From the human T2T-CHM13v2.0 reference genome, Homo sapiens: DNA of 64,000 bases. The stretch lies in assembly GCF_009914755.1 (NCBI RefSeq), contig NC_060930.1; one strand, written 5' to 3'. Below are positions 29,058 through 43,325 of the stretch, piece after piece (position 1 is the stretch's first letter; each line of letters begins with the position of its first letter). Position numbers and translations under genes: made by a program. The notes below the pieces were generated by a model. It was given only the letters and a program-made list of their open reading frames with translations. It was not told the origin of the DNA and did not search any database.

Positions 29058-30261
29058 AGAGCAAGAGCAGGGGTTTTGGAGTTGGGCAGACCTGGGTTTG
29101 GCACAGTGGCCCAGTCACCTGCTAGCTGTGGGACTTTGGGCAAGACAATTGCCTTTTTTTTTTTTCCCGAATCTATGAAATGGGTTGGTAGAAGCATAGT
29201 AAGTCCTCAATAGATAGAAGCCATTTTTGTCATTATTTTTATTTGCTTCACATTTTCATTCCCACAAGATTTAACATGCAGGTAGTTTGGGGTGAGAACA
29301 TATGGTATTTTAAATTCACAAGAGGGCATGTTCATATTACCATGGAGAATCGAGTCCTTTAGCAAAGTGTTGCCTAAAAAAAGAAGAGGTCGGCACAGGA
29401 AGGGAAAGGGACACAGGGACAGGAACACAGGATTTGTCAAAATGCCCACTTTTTTCTGTGTTCTTCTCAGTGGGCATCAAGCTCCTAGGTGACCCTCTGA
29501 TATGGTTTCTCTGCTTTTAGTGACCTCTGCTCTTTGCAGGCTTTAATTGTTTTGAATTCATTAGTCTTTTCCCTTGTTAAATAGTAAGGCCATTGCTTAA
29601 ATTACAGCACTTTTTCTCAAAAGTGCTGTATTTATGTTTGCTTATTTAGAAATTCATTCTGGCATTTAGCATGTGCTTTTTAATCATTCATCTGTAGGAA
29701 AAATGTTGGACTTTAAAAATGTTTTACTTAAGATTGACTGATAGATTTGGTTTAATCTGACTTTTTATTAGCTTTATAAACTTAAAAATAATATATATAT
29801 TTATATATACTTATGGAAGTAAAAGTTGATCAGTTTATCTTGAATTGGTCATATTGTTGATATGTAAGTTTGGAGGAAAATATAGTAAAAATATACTCTC
29901 TTTAACTCTGAAATAATGTCATTTTCATGTATAGAAACTAACAGAATTACTTGCTTTCCCATGATCTTGGCCTAGTGTTTTCTTCTGCCAGCTGGTGGCA
30001 GGGATTTGACAAGTGATTGATTTGGTTGCAGAGGGTCCTGGAATTACGCAAAGTGTTTTTTATATTGGAGAAGACATGCCCAGTTTTTCACAAGTTTTAA
30101 GATTTATTGCCTCACCCTAACATGTTGCAAATTAGTTTATTTGCTATTTATTTTACTCAGAATGTAGTAATTGGTGTCATTAGTAGAAGGGAAAATTTGA
30201 TCACAAGAAAGGGCAGACAGCTATTTAACACTACTTATTTGTTTCTTTGGCAACTTTGCAG

Positions 30262-30393
30262 AGCTGGAGATAAGATGGGTAGACTGCTACTTCCCTTTTA
30301 CACATCCTTCCTTTGAGATGGAGATCAACTTTCATGGAGAATGGCTGGAAGTTCTTGGCTGCGGGGTGATGGAACAACAACTGGTCAATTCAG
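30262..30393 (+). CDS. FARS2: FARS2 internal coding exon (exon 4, 132 bp) carrying the PheRS YFPFT phenylalanine-binding loop
   Basis: Acceptor tttctttggcaactttgcAG, donor CAG|GTAAAA. G+AG restores frame with exon 3: (E)[48 protein letters not shown] and EVLGCG are class II PheRS-alpha signatures. Confidence 0.97.
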
Positions 30394-31051
30394 GTAAAAA
30401 AGAATCCCACATTTTATTTACACGTGCTCTAAAGGAACCCTCCCTTCTCAGGCAGCCCCGTTGCACACTTGTAGATATTTACATACTTCTATGCGGGCAG
30501 CGGCATCACTGGTCTCTCTTCAGATTCCCCTCTAGATTTGTCTTTGATACTAAGCCCTAGAAAAACTTATTTCTCACATCCGTATTTGCAAAGGCTCTTT
30601 GTCTTTGGAGATCCACCTTGTCAGCACTTGGCTGCTGGATTTGTACTTTGTGATTTCGTATTTGTTGATACGTTGCTTTGTAATTGCCCCAAAGACATTT
30701 GCTGCATGTCACAGGAGTGTAGTTTGTCTTTCAGACTATTTAAGAACAAAGACAATGCATAATCCATTTTTGTTCTTACTGCACTTAGTATAGTGTCCCA
30801 AATTCAGCAAGTATTTTATAAATACACTAAAACGCAGTGTAAAAACACTTAGGCCCCTAATGCTTAATCCATCACCTCCCTCTGCATAGGCGGCGCCACC
30901 TGACTGAGAGAAAATGGAAACACGAGGTTGCTGATTGAATTCTACGCGTATCTATAGGCATTTCAGAAAGATCTGTCTGGCTCTTTTCTGTAAGACCATT
31001 GCTTAATAAAAATGATGGCTTCTAAATGTAATTTCAGAGCTGTGAGGTTTC

Positions 31052-31216
31052 TTTTTAAGTCACTATCTGAATTGAGTAATTTTTAAGTCACTATCTGAAT
31101 TGAGTAATTTTTAAGTCACTATCTGAATTGGGTATTTTTTTTAAGTCACTATCTGAATTTGATTTTTTAAGTCACTGTCTGAATGTAATACTTTTTTGAA
31201 GTTACTATCTGAATTT
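31052..31216. repeat. Minisatellite, 6 copies of a ~26-30-bp unit with core TTTTTAAGTCACTATCTGAAT
   Basis: Copies 1-2 are identical 28-mers; later copies drift. Confidence 0.92.
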
Positions 31217-31260
31217 AATTAAAAAATTTAATATAATTTAATTAATTAAAAAATATTACA

Positions 31261-31738
<478 letters not shown>

Positions 31739-33304
31739 CAGAGTATAAATCCTCCAAAAAAAAAAGGGAAAGTTGGTTTGGATTGGGCATTTGAGCTCAC
31801 TACATAAGCAGTGAGCACCAAATTGGATAGGAACTGATGTGGATTGTTCAGGAAACCTTTCCGGCTCTGCTCCCTTAGAAGGACATTTGCTGCTTGGCCT
31901 TGGAGGGCAGCTCTGAGTCAGGGTTCACCGCCCAGCCTCCTGTAGCAGAATGAAGAGAGGTCCTTCTTGGTAACTAAGAAATGTGAATAGACCATGGGTA
32001 AGGATATGATATCTGGTCATGGGCTTGGAAAATGAGGATGAGCAGAGAGTGACGAGACAGGGTGCATGAAGTGCAGGAGCTTGTGTTACCTCGGCTGGGA
32101 GACTGGAGGCCTGGCCTTCCCTTCTTACTTTTAGGTACTCTCCATCTGCAGGGGCCTGGACTCCACAAGCTCCCAGATTCTTCTTCATCCTGCTGAGGAA
32201 GCCTCAGGAGAAAGCCCAGCACAGGGCTGGAAGCTTCGTGGGCAGTTTTAAAATAGGTGAAGAGCTGTCCTAGAGGAGAGGGAGCACAGAGGTTGACATC
32301 AGGACCTGGGAGGAGAAGTTGTGAGGCCTGGGCTTGGGTGTCTGGAAACCCAGGGTTTCTGTTAATTAACAGCTGTGTCTCTTTAGGCAGGGTTCATCAC
32401 CCCACGAGCCTTGGCTTTCTCATGCTTAAGATGGGTGCAAGGATACACCCTCAGAGTTCCATTATGGGGATAGATTGAGGGGATTCCTCTCAAGTGCTTA
32501 GCAAAGGGTCTGGCACACAGCAAGCATTCAGTAAAAATTAACTGCTGATGTTGTTGTACTTAAAATTTTTCTAATGGCTAGAGCCATGTGTCAACAGAGG
32601 GTCCCCTTAGTAGGAAATATTTAAACAGAAGTTGTTCCTGCCTGTGATAGAAACAATTTCTAACCAAGTGTAATTTGTTACCTCTTTGACCTGTAGTCAT
32701 GTCTGTGTCTGCCATTTTATGCTGAGTGAGTGATTTTACAGGGAAAAAGAAAAGTAAGAGTAATAAACAGGAAGAAAAGGAAAATCAGCCTAACAGTTGT
32801 ATGTGCATCTCAACAGAAAACATAAAATACTGGGCGTGAATATGAAAGATTTAATCTCTCCTTGAGTAGGAGCTGACTTCAAATACCTCTGTGATGATTT
32901 GATAGTTTTGTTTTTTAGAAAAAGACTTCAATGACTACTAGGCTTCCTCCCAGGAGTGCCTGGTGTCAGGGGGCTGAAGCTCAGAAAGCAAATCAGGGAT
33001 GATCAGCTTACACATCAGTTGTTGCTTGGAATTGCGCTTCCTTGCACGGTTTCCAATATCCTTGATGGGTTTTTATGAGGTTTATTCACACAGTAATTGG
33101 CTGAATATTGTTATCTGAAACAGATTTCCAAGTCATTATTGCACGTTAATGAGGCTGCTGTTCTGCAATTAGATCAGCCACGTTAGATATTCTTGAATGG
33201 AATGGCAAAGTGAAAAAGACACCTAAGTCGTAAATATGTTTCAGAGATTCGCAGTGATGGTAGGATGTGCTTTGAGTTTTGGGGAAACTGTACACATAAA
33301 AATG

Positions 33305-33612
<308 letters not shown>

Positions 33613-35884
33613 TAATATTTAAATTAAATATTTCACAAGAGAAGGAAACTAAGGAAATGGAAGAAGAGACAATTTTATAGAACGGATTCTGTGTAGACTT
33701 TGCTATTTGAATTTGAAGTTATTATGACAAAGTTCTGCTCTGTGTTCTCAAATTCGAAGGTGTTTGGATGTCTGTAGTTAAAATCTGTAAACTGCCTGGC
33801 AGTCACTAACCACAGACATTTGTAAGTGCAGCTAAATTTTCTGTTTTTTGAGTTCTTATGGCGTGGAGAAAGACCGAATAGGTATACTTTATCCCACTCG
33901 TGCAGTTTCGCTATTCTTTCCATCTCTTCTTCTATATTTGCTCCCCTGCTCTCCCTTCCTTTTTCCTCCCTGCACCCTGCTCTTCCCCTCTCTTTACTTT
34001 TCTTCATTCCCTTCTCTTTTAAAAGAGAACTTCCAAGAAACAATATAATTGATGACTCCCCTTTAAGGTTCTTATAGAGAATCAGGTGAGTGCTAAAATA
34101 ACCAGAAAACAAAGAAACTGATGGAGCAATGATAGTGGCAGACATCAGTTGAGCCCTTCCTGTATGCCAGCATCCCATAAAGCATGCTGTATATGCTTTC
34201 TTTCATTTAACCATGATAACAAGGTTCCCAGGTAGATGCTATTATAACCCGTGTTTTACAGAGCCGGAGAAAGGTAATTCAGATCAAATAGCTAGACAGT
34301 GCTAGTGAAACTTGCCAAGTCTTTCTGACAACAGTTAACTAATAAGCTATGCTCCCCAAATAGTAAATTGCATGATTTTGAAGTTGCTAAAAATTCATTT
34401 CAAATAAATCATTCTGCCTAACATAGAATGAAAGAACTGAAACAAAATGAAACAAATACATAGCAAACAAAACTTTATTTGTTCTGTAGTTACCTCTAAG
34501 GAAGGGCTATGCCACCATGTGTGTTCTCTCCCTGTGATAGAGTGTATTTAATTAAAGCATGAAATTAGATTGCTAATTTGAAAAGTCAGTGAAGACATTT
34601 TATTACACATTTAAGCAACTGTGGCATATATGTGTTTTTATGTGTGGAACACAGCTCTTTTAAATGGCTTGTAGCATTTTACTTTATTTCTTCTTCCTTA
34701 AGTCGTAGTGTCTTCACCGTTGATTTCTGGATCCTTAGACTGAGTGATTGTGATGTGAGTGGTGACCGTTTTCAGGCTGACTTGGTTGTTTTTTCCTTAG
34801 GGAGGTATTTTGAGGACAGTACTGAGTCACGTCCCCACATACTACACACTTGCCTCCCACTGGGTTGACTCAGGCTGCTGTGTCTTTTCACATAGTAAAT
34901 GGAGCACCGCGTCCAAAACCATCACTGGGACAACTATGAGCCGTGATCATGCCAGGAAGGAATTTACCATTCCTTGCCCCTGTGAAGTTTAGAAGATTTT
35001 ACATGGGCCAAGAGGGAGAAGAAGCTTGATAGTTGAAAATATCTTTTTAAAAGTGAAATTACCTTCCTTACCTTTTTGTCAAAATTTAAAAATCGGCTCT
35101 TTGGGGAAAACCTTATAAATAGGTACATGAACAGCTTCCGGTTTTGAAGGATCATTATTGGCTTGCTTATCAAATATTTCTTCAAAGTCCTTCTAAGGCT
35201 ATAGCGAAGTGAATCAGCATTGCTCCTGCTTTTGAAAATATCACAGCACACACAGACATACAAACAAATGATTACAGTACCATGTGGTAAGTATTCATAA
35301 CAGGGGTACCGTGGGCACAATGTGTGGGGAAGAGAAGGATTAGAGAAGGTGGTGCCAGGCCTTTCCCTGGTTACAATCAGGATGGAATATTGATGCGATA
35401 GATATTTGAAATGTGCATCCCAGAGTTAGTTAGGTTCTTGTTTGCAAGGAGGGATATACTTTCTCTTTGCTTTTCCTATATTAGCATGAATCTATTTCCA
35501 GTCTGTCCCTGTCTCTGGTAGTTGATCTCTATAGCCTCTACACATACTTAACATGGTTCACTGTTGTTGATCTCAGCTTGAATCTGTAATAGCATGGACC
35601 AAGGCTGTACTGGTAATAAACATGCCTTTTATATAATTAGTGTCTTTTGTGTGCAAGGCACTGTGCTGGACAGAGGAAATTAGGAAAATGGATGAAACAC
35701 ACCTTCTCCCTGTGAAAACTTGTAGTTCTGTGTAGTAGGGCAGATAAGATTATATCGTTAGAACATAGTCATGCATATAAATGCATTTTGTGAGAACGAG
35801 CTTTGTGAGATGAGAAAAGGGAACTATGTCTGTCAGTTGGATCAGTAGAGACTTCATAAAGGAGATGGTCTTTGAATTGGGCCT

Positions 35885-36065
35885 TAAGTGGTCATTCTCA
35901 GATGTGTGACTAGTAATTACTTGGAGAGGTTATTTAAAATGTCTGTTCATAGAGCATCAGAGTCTGGAGGTCTGGGATGGAGATCAAGATATGCATATTA
36001 AACAAATACCCTAGATAATTCTTACGAATGACTCACATTCAGACCATACTTTGAAAACCCTATCT
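35885..36065. mobile_element. MER5-like hAT MITE
   Basis: gtggtcattctca...ggtctgggatggag...tgcatattaaacaaataccctagataattctta...gaccatactttgaaaacc. Confidence 0.6.
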
Positions 36066-36084
36066 ATAGCATAGGTTGAATATT

Positions 36085-38760
36085 TTTCCCAATTTTTTTG
36101 GGATATAATTGAAGTGTAATGAACTGCAGATATTTAAAGTGTCCAGTTTGATCAGTTATTGACATACGTATACACCAGTGAAACCATCACCACAATCAAG
36201 ATGATAAATGTTTTCATTCCCAACTGTTTCTCATGCCCTTTTTGTAATCTGTTCCTCCACCCATCCCTGTCTTCAGGCAACCACTGATCTACCTGCTGTC
36301 ATTATAGATTAGTTTGGATTTTCTACTATTTTATATAAATGGAATTGTACAGTGTGTATTCATTATACCTGGCTTCTTTCACTCAGCATATAATGATTTT
36401 GAGATTTATCCATGTTGTGTGTACTGTGTATCAATTTATTCCTTTTTATTTGGAGTAGTGTTTTATTGTAAAATTCTTTGTGTGGACATATATTTCCATT
36501 CTCTAGAAGCAAAAAGCCTATGAGTGGAGTGTTCTATAAATGTCAGTTACATCAAGGTAATTGAATAGTGTTTAGCTCTTCTTTCTATGTTTACTGATTT
36601 TTTGGTCTTAGTACTCTATCAGTTGCTCAGAAAAGAGTAAGATTTTCTACTATGATTATGGACTTGGCTATTTTACCCTTTTATCTGTCAACTTTTCTTT
36701 ATGTTTTTTTGAAGCCATATTATTAGGTGCATATATTTTCATAGTAGTTATGTTTTCACGAGGAATTGTTCCTTTTATCATTGTGAAATGTCTTTCTTTA
36801 TCTCTGGTAATTTTCCTTGGACTCTGTTTCATTTATATTACAATATCCATTCCTGTCTTGTCTTCCTTCCTCCCCAGTTACCTTTATATTGTTATAGTTA
36901 CATATATTACATCTACATACATTGAAAACCTCGTGATTCAATGTTACACTTTTCCTTTAAGGAGTCATATGCATTTTTTAAAAAATTAAGAGGAAAGTAG
37001 TTTTCTTTTATATTTACTTAGCTGTTTCCCATTTCTCTTGCTGTTCCTTTATTCCTGAAAATACATGTTTCCTTCTGGTTATTCTTTTTTCCTTCAATAA
37101 GAAAAACTTTCCTTAGCATTTTTTATAGACCACGTCAAGTGGTGATAATTTCTTAGCGTTATTTTATGTGAGAATGTTTTTATTTCCGCTTTAGTTTGAA
37201 GGATGTTTTTATTGAATATAGAATTCCGGATTGATGGATTTTTATTTTTTTTCTCAGCAACTTAAAGATGTTGATCCATTGTCTTCTGCCTCTATAGTTC
37301 TAAAGAGACATCCATAATCTTTTCAGTCATTCTTCACTTGTAAATACTAGTATCTTTCCTTTTTTTAAAAAAAAATTATTAACTATAATTTTTTACTGTG
37401 CTGTCTTTAGTTACTTTCAAGGCTTCTACCCACCCCCCCCCCATTTTTGTTTTTCAGCCATGTGATTTTGATATGTCTAGGTATGGTTTTCTTTTATCTC
37501 ACACTTATGATAGATCTTTTGATTTTGTCCCAGGAGACCCTGAGACTCTGCTTACTTTTTTTTTTTAAATCTTTGTCTTTCTGTTTTTCAGATTGGATAA
37601 TTTCCACAGATCCATCTTCATGTTAATTGATTTTGTTCTCTGTCATCTCCATTCTGCTGCCTTGATCACCAAATATATTTTTATTTCAGTGCTTTTTTTT
37701 TGTTTTAAAATTTGCATTTGGTTTTGTTTTATAGTTCCTATTTTTCTTCTGAGAATTCCTGTATTTTCATTTCTATCAAGTTTGTTTTTCTTTACCTCAT
37801 AGAGCAAAGTGACAGTGGTTGCTTTAAATACATGTTGAATATCCATTATCCAAAATGCTTGGAATGAGAAGTGTTTCAGATTTTTGGATTTTGGAATATT
37901 TGCATTATACTTACTGTTTCAGCATCCCTAACTCAAAAATCCCAAATTCAAAATGCTCCAATGTGCATCTCTTAATGGGCATCATGTCCATGCTCAAAAA
38001 GTTTCATATTTTGGAGCATTTTGGATTTTGGATTTTTGGATTAGGGATACTGAACCTGCATCTGATAGTTCCAATGTCTGGATCGTCCTGTGATTGACTT
38101 TTGTTAAGAATTGGTGATATTTTCCTGGTTGTTTGTAAACAAATTTTGGATTGTATATTGCACTTTCTGAATGGCATCCTGTCATCTGTGGTGACTGTTG
38201 CTGTTTTAGTAGGGTGATCAACCTGGTGAGCTCTAGGCTTTGAGTGGGACCTGCTTCCTAGGGGCAGCGATTCAGTTCTCAGTGTAAGTCTTTGTTGTGC
38301 TTATTTTTATCCATCCTGTACTTAAGGGGTTAGTCTGCAACTTGTGTGAGTGGTTCAGATCTCAGTTCAGTTTTCTCAGCCTTTTCTGTGCTGGTTGGAG
38401 TCTGTGCTGTGCGTGTGTCACTCCAGTGTCAGGCTGATATCTGTGCAGGTTTCCACATAGAATTCGGGCATCCTTTCCTGGGCTTTCTCTACCCCAAGAT
38501 CATACCCTCAGACTCCTCAACTCGCAGAATCCCTTTATCTGCAGACACACAGACAGGCTTCTCTTTGAGTTTAGTTGCCTGTGTTGTTTTGCAGCTATGC
38601 AACTGGGGCTCACCTTTGGGGCAAAATCATGTGAGAAGAAAACAAAGCAGGAACTTCACCCTGTGTGGGTTGCCTTTCCAAGTGTTGACTCTCCTGTATA
38701 ATTTTTCTGTTTTTTTACTTTTCAGAGTCCTCTGTTAGTTGTTTAGAGATTTTGGTCGTA
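36085..38760 (-). mobile_element. Composite old L1M fragments (antisense)
   Basis: gaactgcagatatttaaagtgt..., ggcaaccactgatct, ttctataaatgtcagtta, ttattaggtgcatata, gaatatagaattc. Confidence 0.75.
37831..38058. mobile_element. Tigger4a/MER46A MITE nested in L1
   Basis: TA|CATGTTGAATATCC ... GGGATACTGAACCTG|CA terminal inverted repeats; ~230 bp. Confidence 0.85.
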
Positions 38761-39865
38761 ATCAGAGAGAGGGATAGACTGGTGGGCTCATGCCCCCATA
38801 GTGGACCTGAACTGTAGTTTGGGTTGTGAATGCACTCCAGGTGAAAGGATAATTGCGTGACACACATATGTGGTACTGGAAACGTGGTGGTATTGGCTCT
38901 ACTTGTCTATTTACTCTGTCAACTTTATTAATCAGAATTAAGCCTGGTACATTTTTGAGGCCAGTTAGTTGAGATTGTCTAAGATCTGTGAAACTCTGGC
39001 TCGCTTCCTTCCTCCTGCCCTCCCTTCCTTCTCCGTTCCTTTCTTTCACCTTCTTAACTTTCCTCTCTTCCTTTAAGTCAGTCTTGCCCCTTTTAGTGCC
39101 CATTCAGAAAAGCAAACAAATACACGTCAGCCTTATGTGTAGGTTTTGCCTCAAGTTCCTCCTAGTGACATATTTTCAAGCTGCCAGAATGGAGATGTCT
39201 GTTCAAATATTTACTTAGCCTTTTTCCCTTTTCAAAACAGCTAAGATGGTGAGACTTTTTTTCTGATATAAAAGCAATCTGTAATCATTGAAAAATTAAG
39301 AAAATAAAATATAAAAATGAAAATGAAAGTAATTCCATGATCCTACATAAAATAGATTCTTTATAAAATTTAATTCCTATATAAAACTGTAAATCTTTAT
39401 GCATATTTATAATTGTCAGATATACCTACATATAGAAGTTATATATATATTTTATAAAAAGTAGAATCATACTTTGAATATTTTTTGTATTAATTTTTTC
39501 TGCAAGAAATGTGACACAAGTGTCCTTTGATGTTACCAAATATTTATCTACATCATCATTGTCAGTGGCTGCACAGCCACTGTGGATGGATCTTTCTGGC
39601 CACCCCCATGTTGATGGGTTGTTGACAATAACATTTTTATCCATGTGTCCTGTGCACTTGTCTTAATATTTTCCTGGGATAAGTTTATAAAAGTGGAATT
39701 ACTGGTTTTTTCCTCCCTAGGTTTATGATGCATATTCATAGGCACACTGGAAAAAAAGTACCTGCAGTATTTGAAAGAGTTGATTTTTCCACACCCTTAC
39801 CAATATTGAACATTATCAATCTCTTTACTCTTTACATTTAACAGGAAAAAAATGTATACTGGTGT

Positions 39866-40009
39866 TTTGTTGTTATTGTTTTTTAGAAGTGGAGGGGGGG
39901 TGTCTCACTGTCTTGCCCAGGCTGGACTTGAGCTCCTGGCCTCGAGTGATCCTCCCACCTCAACCTCCCAAGTAGCTGGGAGTACAGGCATGTGCCACAG
40001 TATCCAGTT
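39866..40009 (-). mobile_element. FLAM-type Alu monomer
   Basis: Single antisense monomer with TSD TATACTGGTG. Confidence 0.8.
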
Positions 40010-40101
40010 TATACTGGTGGTGTTTTAATTCCCTTTCTTTTTTTCTGGTCACTAGTGTCACTGAACATGTTCCCAGAAGCTGTTGGCTCAGTCCATTTTC
40101 T

Positions 40102-40407
40102 TTCTTTTTTTTTTTTTTCTTTTTTGAGACAGAGTCTCTCTCTGTTGCCCAGGCTGGAGTGCAGTGGCACAATCTTGGCTCCTTGCAACCTGCATCTCCC
40201 GGCTTCAGGTGATTCTCCTGCCTCAGCCTTCTGAGTAGCTGGGACTACAGGTGTGCGCCACCACAACCGGCTAATTTTTGTATTTTTAGTAGAGACCGGA
40301 TTTCACCATTTTGGCCAGGCTGGTCTCGAACTCCTGACCTCAAGTGATCTGCCTGCCTTGGCCTCCCAAAGTGTTGGGATTACAGGCATGAGCCACTGCG
40401 CCCAGCC
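40102..40407 (-). mobile_element. AluSx-like
   Basis: Full dimer. TSD CTCAGTCCATTTTCT. Confidence 0.95.
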
Positions 40408-40559
40408 ACTCAGTCCATTTTCTAATGAGACTAGAAAGGATGCTAGAATATATTCTGCAAGTTTTTCTTTTTATTCTTTCACTCCAAATGATAACCTTAT
40501 TCTCATCTTTGTTGAAGTCCTCTGTGTATCCCTCCCTGTCAGTTTCTTCACTCCTTCCC

Positions 40560-41570
40560 TCTCTCCCTCCCTTCTATAAGCAATCACATTCTGAATTTTG
40601 TATTACTACCTTGATTTTCATTAGAGTTTTACTATTTATATTGTAAAACAAGTTGACTTTCATGTGCTTTTATGTTTTAACAAATGAAATCACAGTATAG
40701 CTCCTTTCATGACTTTAGGTTTTCATGCATTAGTGTGAAGTTCATCTGTGTTGTCATAAGTAGAGTTTTAGTTCTTTTGTTTTTTGCAGCTTATATTCTA
40801 CTGGATGAATGTTCCATAGTTCATTCATCCATTCTTTAATGAATATTTGCTTGGTTACGATTTTCTTTTTGCTATTACAAATGCTACTGCTGAACATTCT
40901 TGCACCTCTGAATGTATAGGTGTAAGAGTCTCACTGAGCTATGTTTTACCTAGCGGTAGAATTGCTAAAAGTCAGCACTTACGAGCATCTTTGGGTATCA
41001 TCAAATTGTTTCCCAAAGTGGTTGGCCCAATTTATATTGTCTTGAGCCTTTCTAAAGTTCCCTGGTGTTTTACATCCTCTTTAACACTTGACGTTGTTCA
41101 ACTTATTTTGGCAGTCTGATACGTTTAAAATAGTATCTCTAGCTGAGCTTGGTGGTGCACCTGTAGTCCTAGCCTAGAGGCTGAAGTGGGAGGATCACTT
41201 GAGCCCAGGAGATCAGGGCTGCACTGAGCCATAGAGTAGCCGCCACTCCACTCCAGCCTGGGTGGTAGAGTGAGACCCTCTCTCAAAAATTAAATAAATA
41301 AATAATAAATTAAATCAAATGGTATATTGTGGTTTTTATTTGAATTTACCTGGTTATTACTGTTAAGTTTGAACACAATTTTATATATTTATTTAACATT
41401 TATAGTTTTTCTTTTGTTCATTTTTGGGTGAGGCTCATTTCTGTCTTCTAAAACTGGCAGGAATTCTACATTTATATCGGTTACTAATCATTTGTCATTT
41501 CTATGTATTGCAATTATATTCTTCAGGTTTGTGGCTTTTCTTTTTCTGTTCTTTTTTTAAGTTGCTCTTT
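40560..41570 (-). mobile_element. L1ME fragment (antisense)
   Basis: tttgctattacaaatgctactgctgaacattct, gtagaattgct, aaattgtttcccaaagtggttg. Confidence 0.65.
41141..41310 (+). mobile_element. Alu right monomer (FRAM/AluJ)
   Basis: gggaggatcacttgagcccagga...gctgcactgagcc...; (AAAT)n tail. Confidence 0.85.
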
Positions 41571-41585
41571 CATAAATGGAATGTG

Positions 41586-41617
<32 letters not shown>

Positions 41618-42527
41618 TTTCTTTTTTTTGAGTAGCTTTAGGTTTCTTTATATAACATCATTCTCCAAAAAAGTCACTTCACCGGGGATTGTGTGTGGGT
41701 GTAAGTTGGCAAGTTTCATGAAGATAACCCTTTTGCTTGTCATGCTTGATTCTGTAGTTTAAGTCTCTCATGTTACTGCCTTATCATTCATATTTTCAGC
41801 ATTGGTATTCTAAATATTTAATGACTTTCAAGCATTTACCCTCTCTTTCCTAGTGTTCTGTCAGATTTAGTCCCACCCTCGGTGACAGTTTCCCTTGGCT
41901 GGGAAGTCTTACTCTAGGATGTGCTTCTTTGACTAGGAAATGTAGCTCAGAGCTTGCCTGGGAGCCCCAGTGATGCCCTTTTCACTGAATTGGATTTATG
42001 TCCTCCTATGTTTTTTAGTTTTCCCTAATCCTGCTTCTCATCCACACCAGGCCTCTGGTATTTCCATTACTGTAATAAAAATAAAGGCTTTGGCAACTTC
42101 TCTCAAGCTGTGGTATCTGTCTACATTTCTGATGTTTTTGCAACTGTTGTGTTAGGTGTTGTGTACTGTCTGTGGCATGATTTCTAGATATAAGAAACAT
42201 CTGGAAAGCCGAGATTCTGTCCTGTATGTTCATTTCAATGTCTAAGGTCTTGTACGCTTGCCAGATATATAAAGCACTTTCCATTTAACTTTCCAGTTTC
42301 CCCCCATCAATGTGGACTTAATTTTCCATTTTAAACTGTTATCCTTTTTCCTGTTGTCTTCTCCCATTCATGAAACAGTAACGCCAAAAACACAGTCTAA
42401 CCATTAGCTTTTTACATGTAGAAGCTGTTGGCACAGTTTGTGAGTGAGCAAATAAAAGGTGTGGATGGAAAAGAAATGGAATTTGGCAAAGTTGGTATTG
42501 ATGCAAGTGGTTCCTTCTTTTATCAGA

Positions 42528-42951
42528 CTGTAGTATTGTTCCAAGTTCTTCACCCCTCCCTGTATCTGTGCACTTGGTTCCCTGACTTTGAAGCACTGTC
42601 TGCTATGAGAAGAATATACTTCTCTGCCCTGTTGATTTGGAGCTTGCCCCTGTAACTGCTTTGGCTAAAGGGAAATTAGCAGATGTGACAGGAAAAGAGG
42701 CTTGAAATGTACTTGGCAGTTGTTTTTTTGCCCTTTTTAGCTTCTGCCATTATGAGGTGAACATGCCCTATGTAGCTTGCTGGTTCCAGAACAGTAAGAA
42801 GCATGTGGAGTGGACCCGAACCAACCTCAGGGCCTGGAGCCCAGCCAGTCTGGACCAGCTGAGCCCCAGCCCCGCAGACAGGTGGTGGTTGTTGCATGCC
42901 ACTGAGATTTTGTAGTGATTTGTTGATCAGCTGTAGCTGGCTGATAAAACA
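42528..42951 (+). mobile_element. MLT1 (I/H-like) MaLR solo LTR
   Basis: TGT...ACA ends; tgctttggctaaagggaaattagcagatgtgaca, gccactgagattttg. Confidence 0.7.
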
Positions 42952-43276
42952 TACATTGTAGTTGTCATATTCTTTTTCAGCTTACCGAGGGCTCATAGAA
43001 TGCTTAAGAGTCTCTCTTCCAAAATCATTTCACAGAAAATTCAGCTCATTTATTTCTCTCAAGTATTTCCTCTTCACCTCCCTTTCTAACTTAGCAGGAA
43101 GGATATTTGGAAAGAACTTGACTTTTTTACTTCCCTCCCTCTGCAGAGAAGCCACTGAAATAGTTTCTCAGTATTTTAGTGGGCTGTGGTGGTGGTTCTG
43201 AAAACCAGACAGGGATTGGTGGTGGGAATGTCCTCTACATGGGAGGTTTTTGAAAAGCCACTGATATATGGAAGAT

Positions 43277-43280
<4 letters not shown>

Positions 43281-43325
<45 letters not shown>

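Noticed and set aside
30318-30560. 80-aa [19 protein letters not shown]... as a standalone gene
   Set aside because: It is the 3' half of FARS2 exon 4 reading through the donor into the intron.
31052-31216. CRISPR-like array (constant repeat with variable spacers)
   Set aside because: Linkers are only 5-9 bp and related to each other, there are no cas genes, and the context is a primate intron. It is a minisatellite.
33675-34178. 167-aa minus-strand ORF
   Set aside because: It stays open because of a purine-rich low-complexity tract and a MIR relic; no domain similarity.
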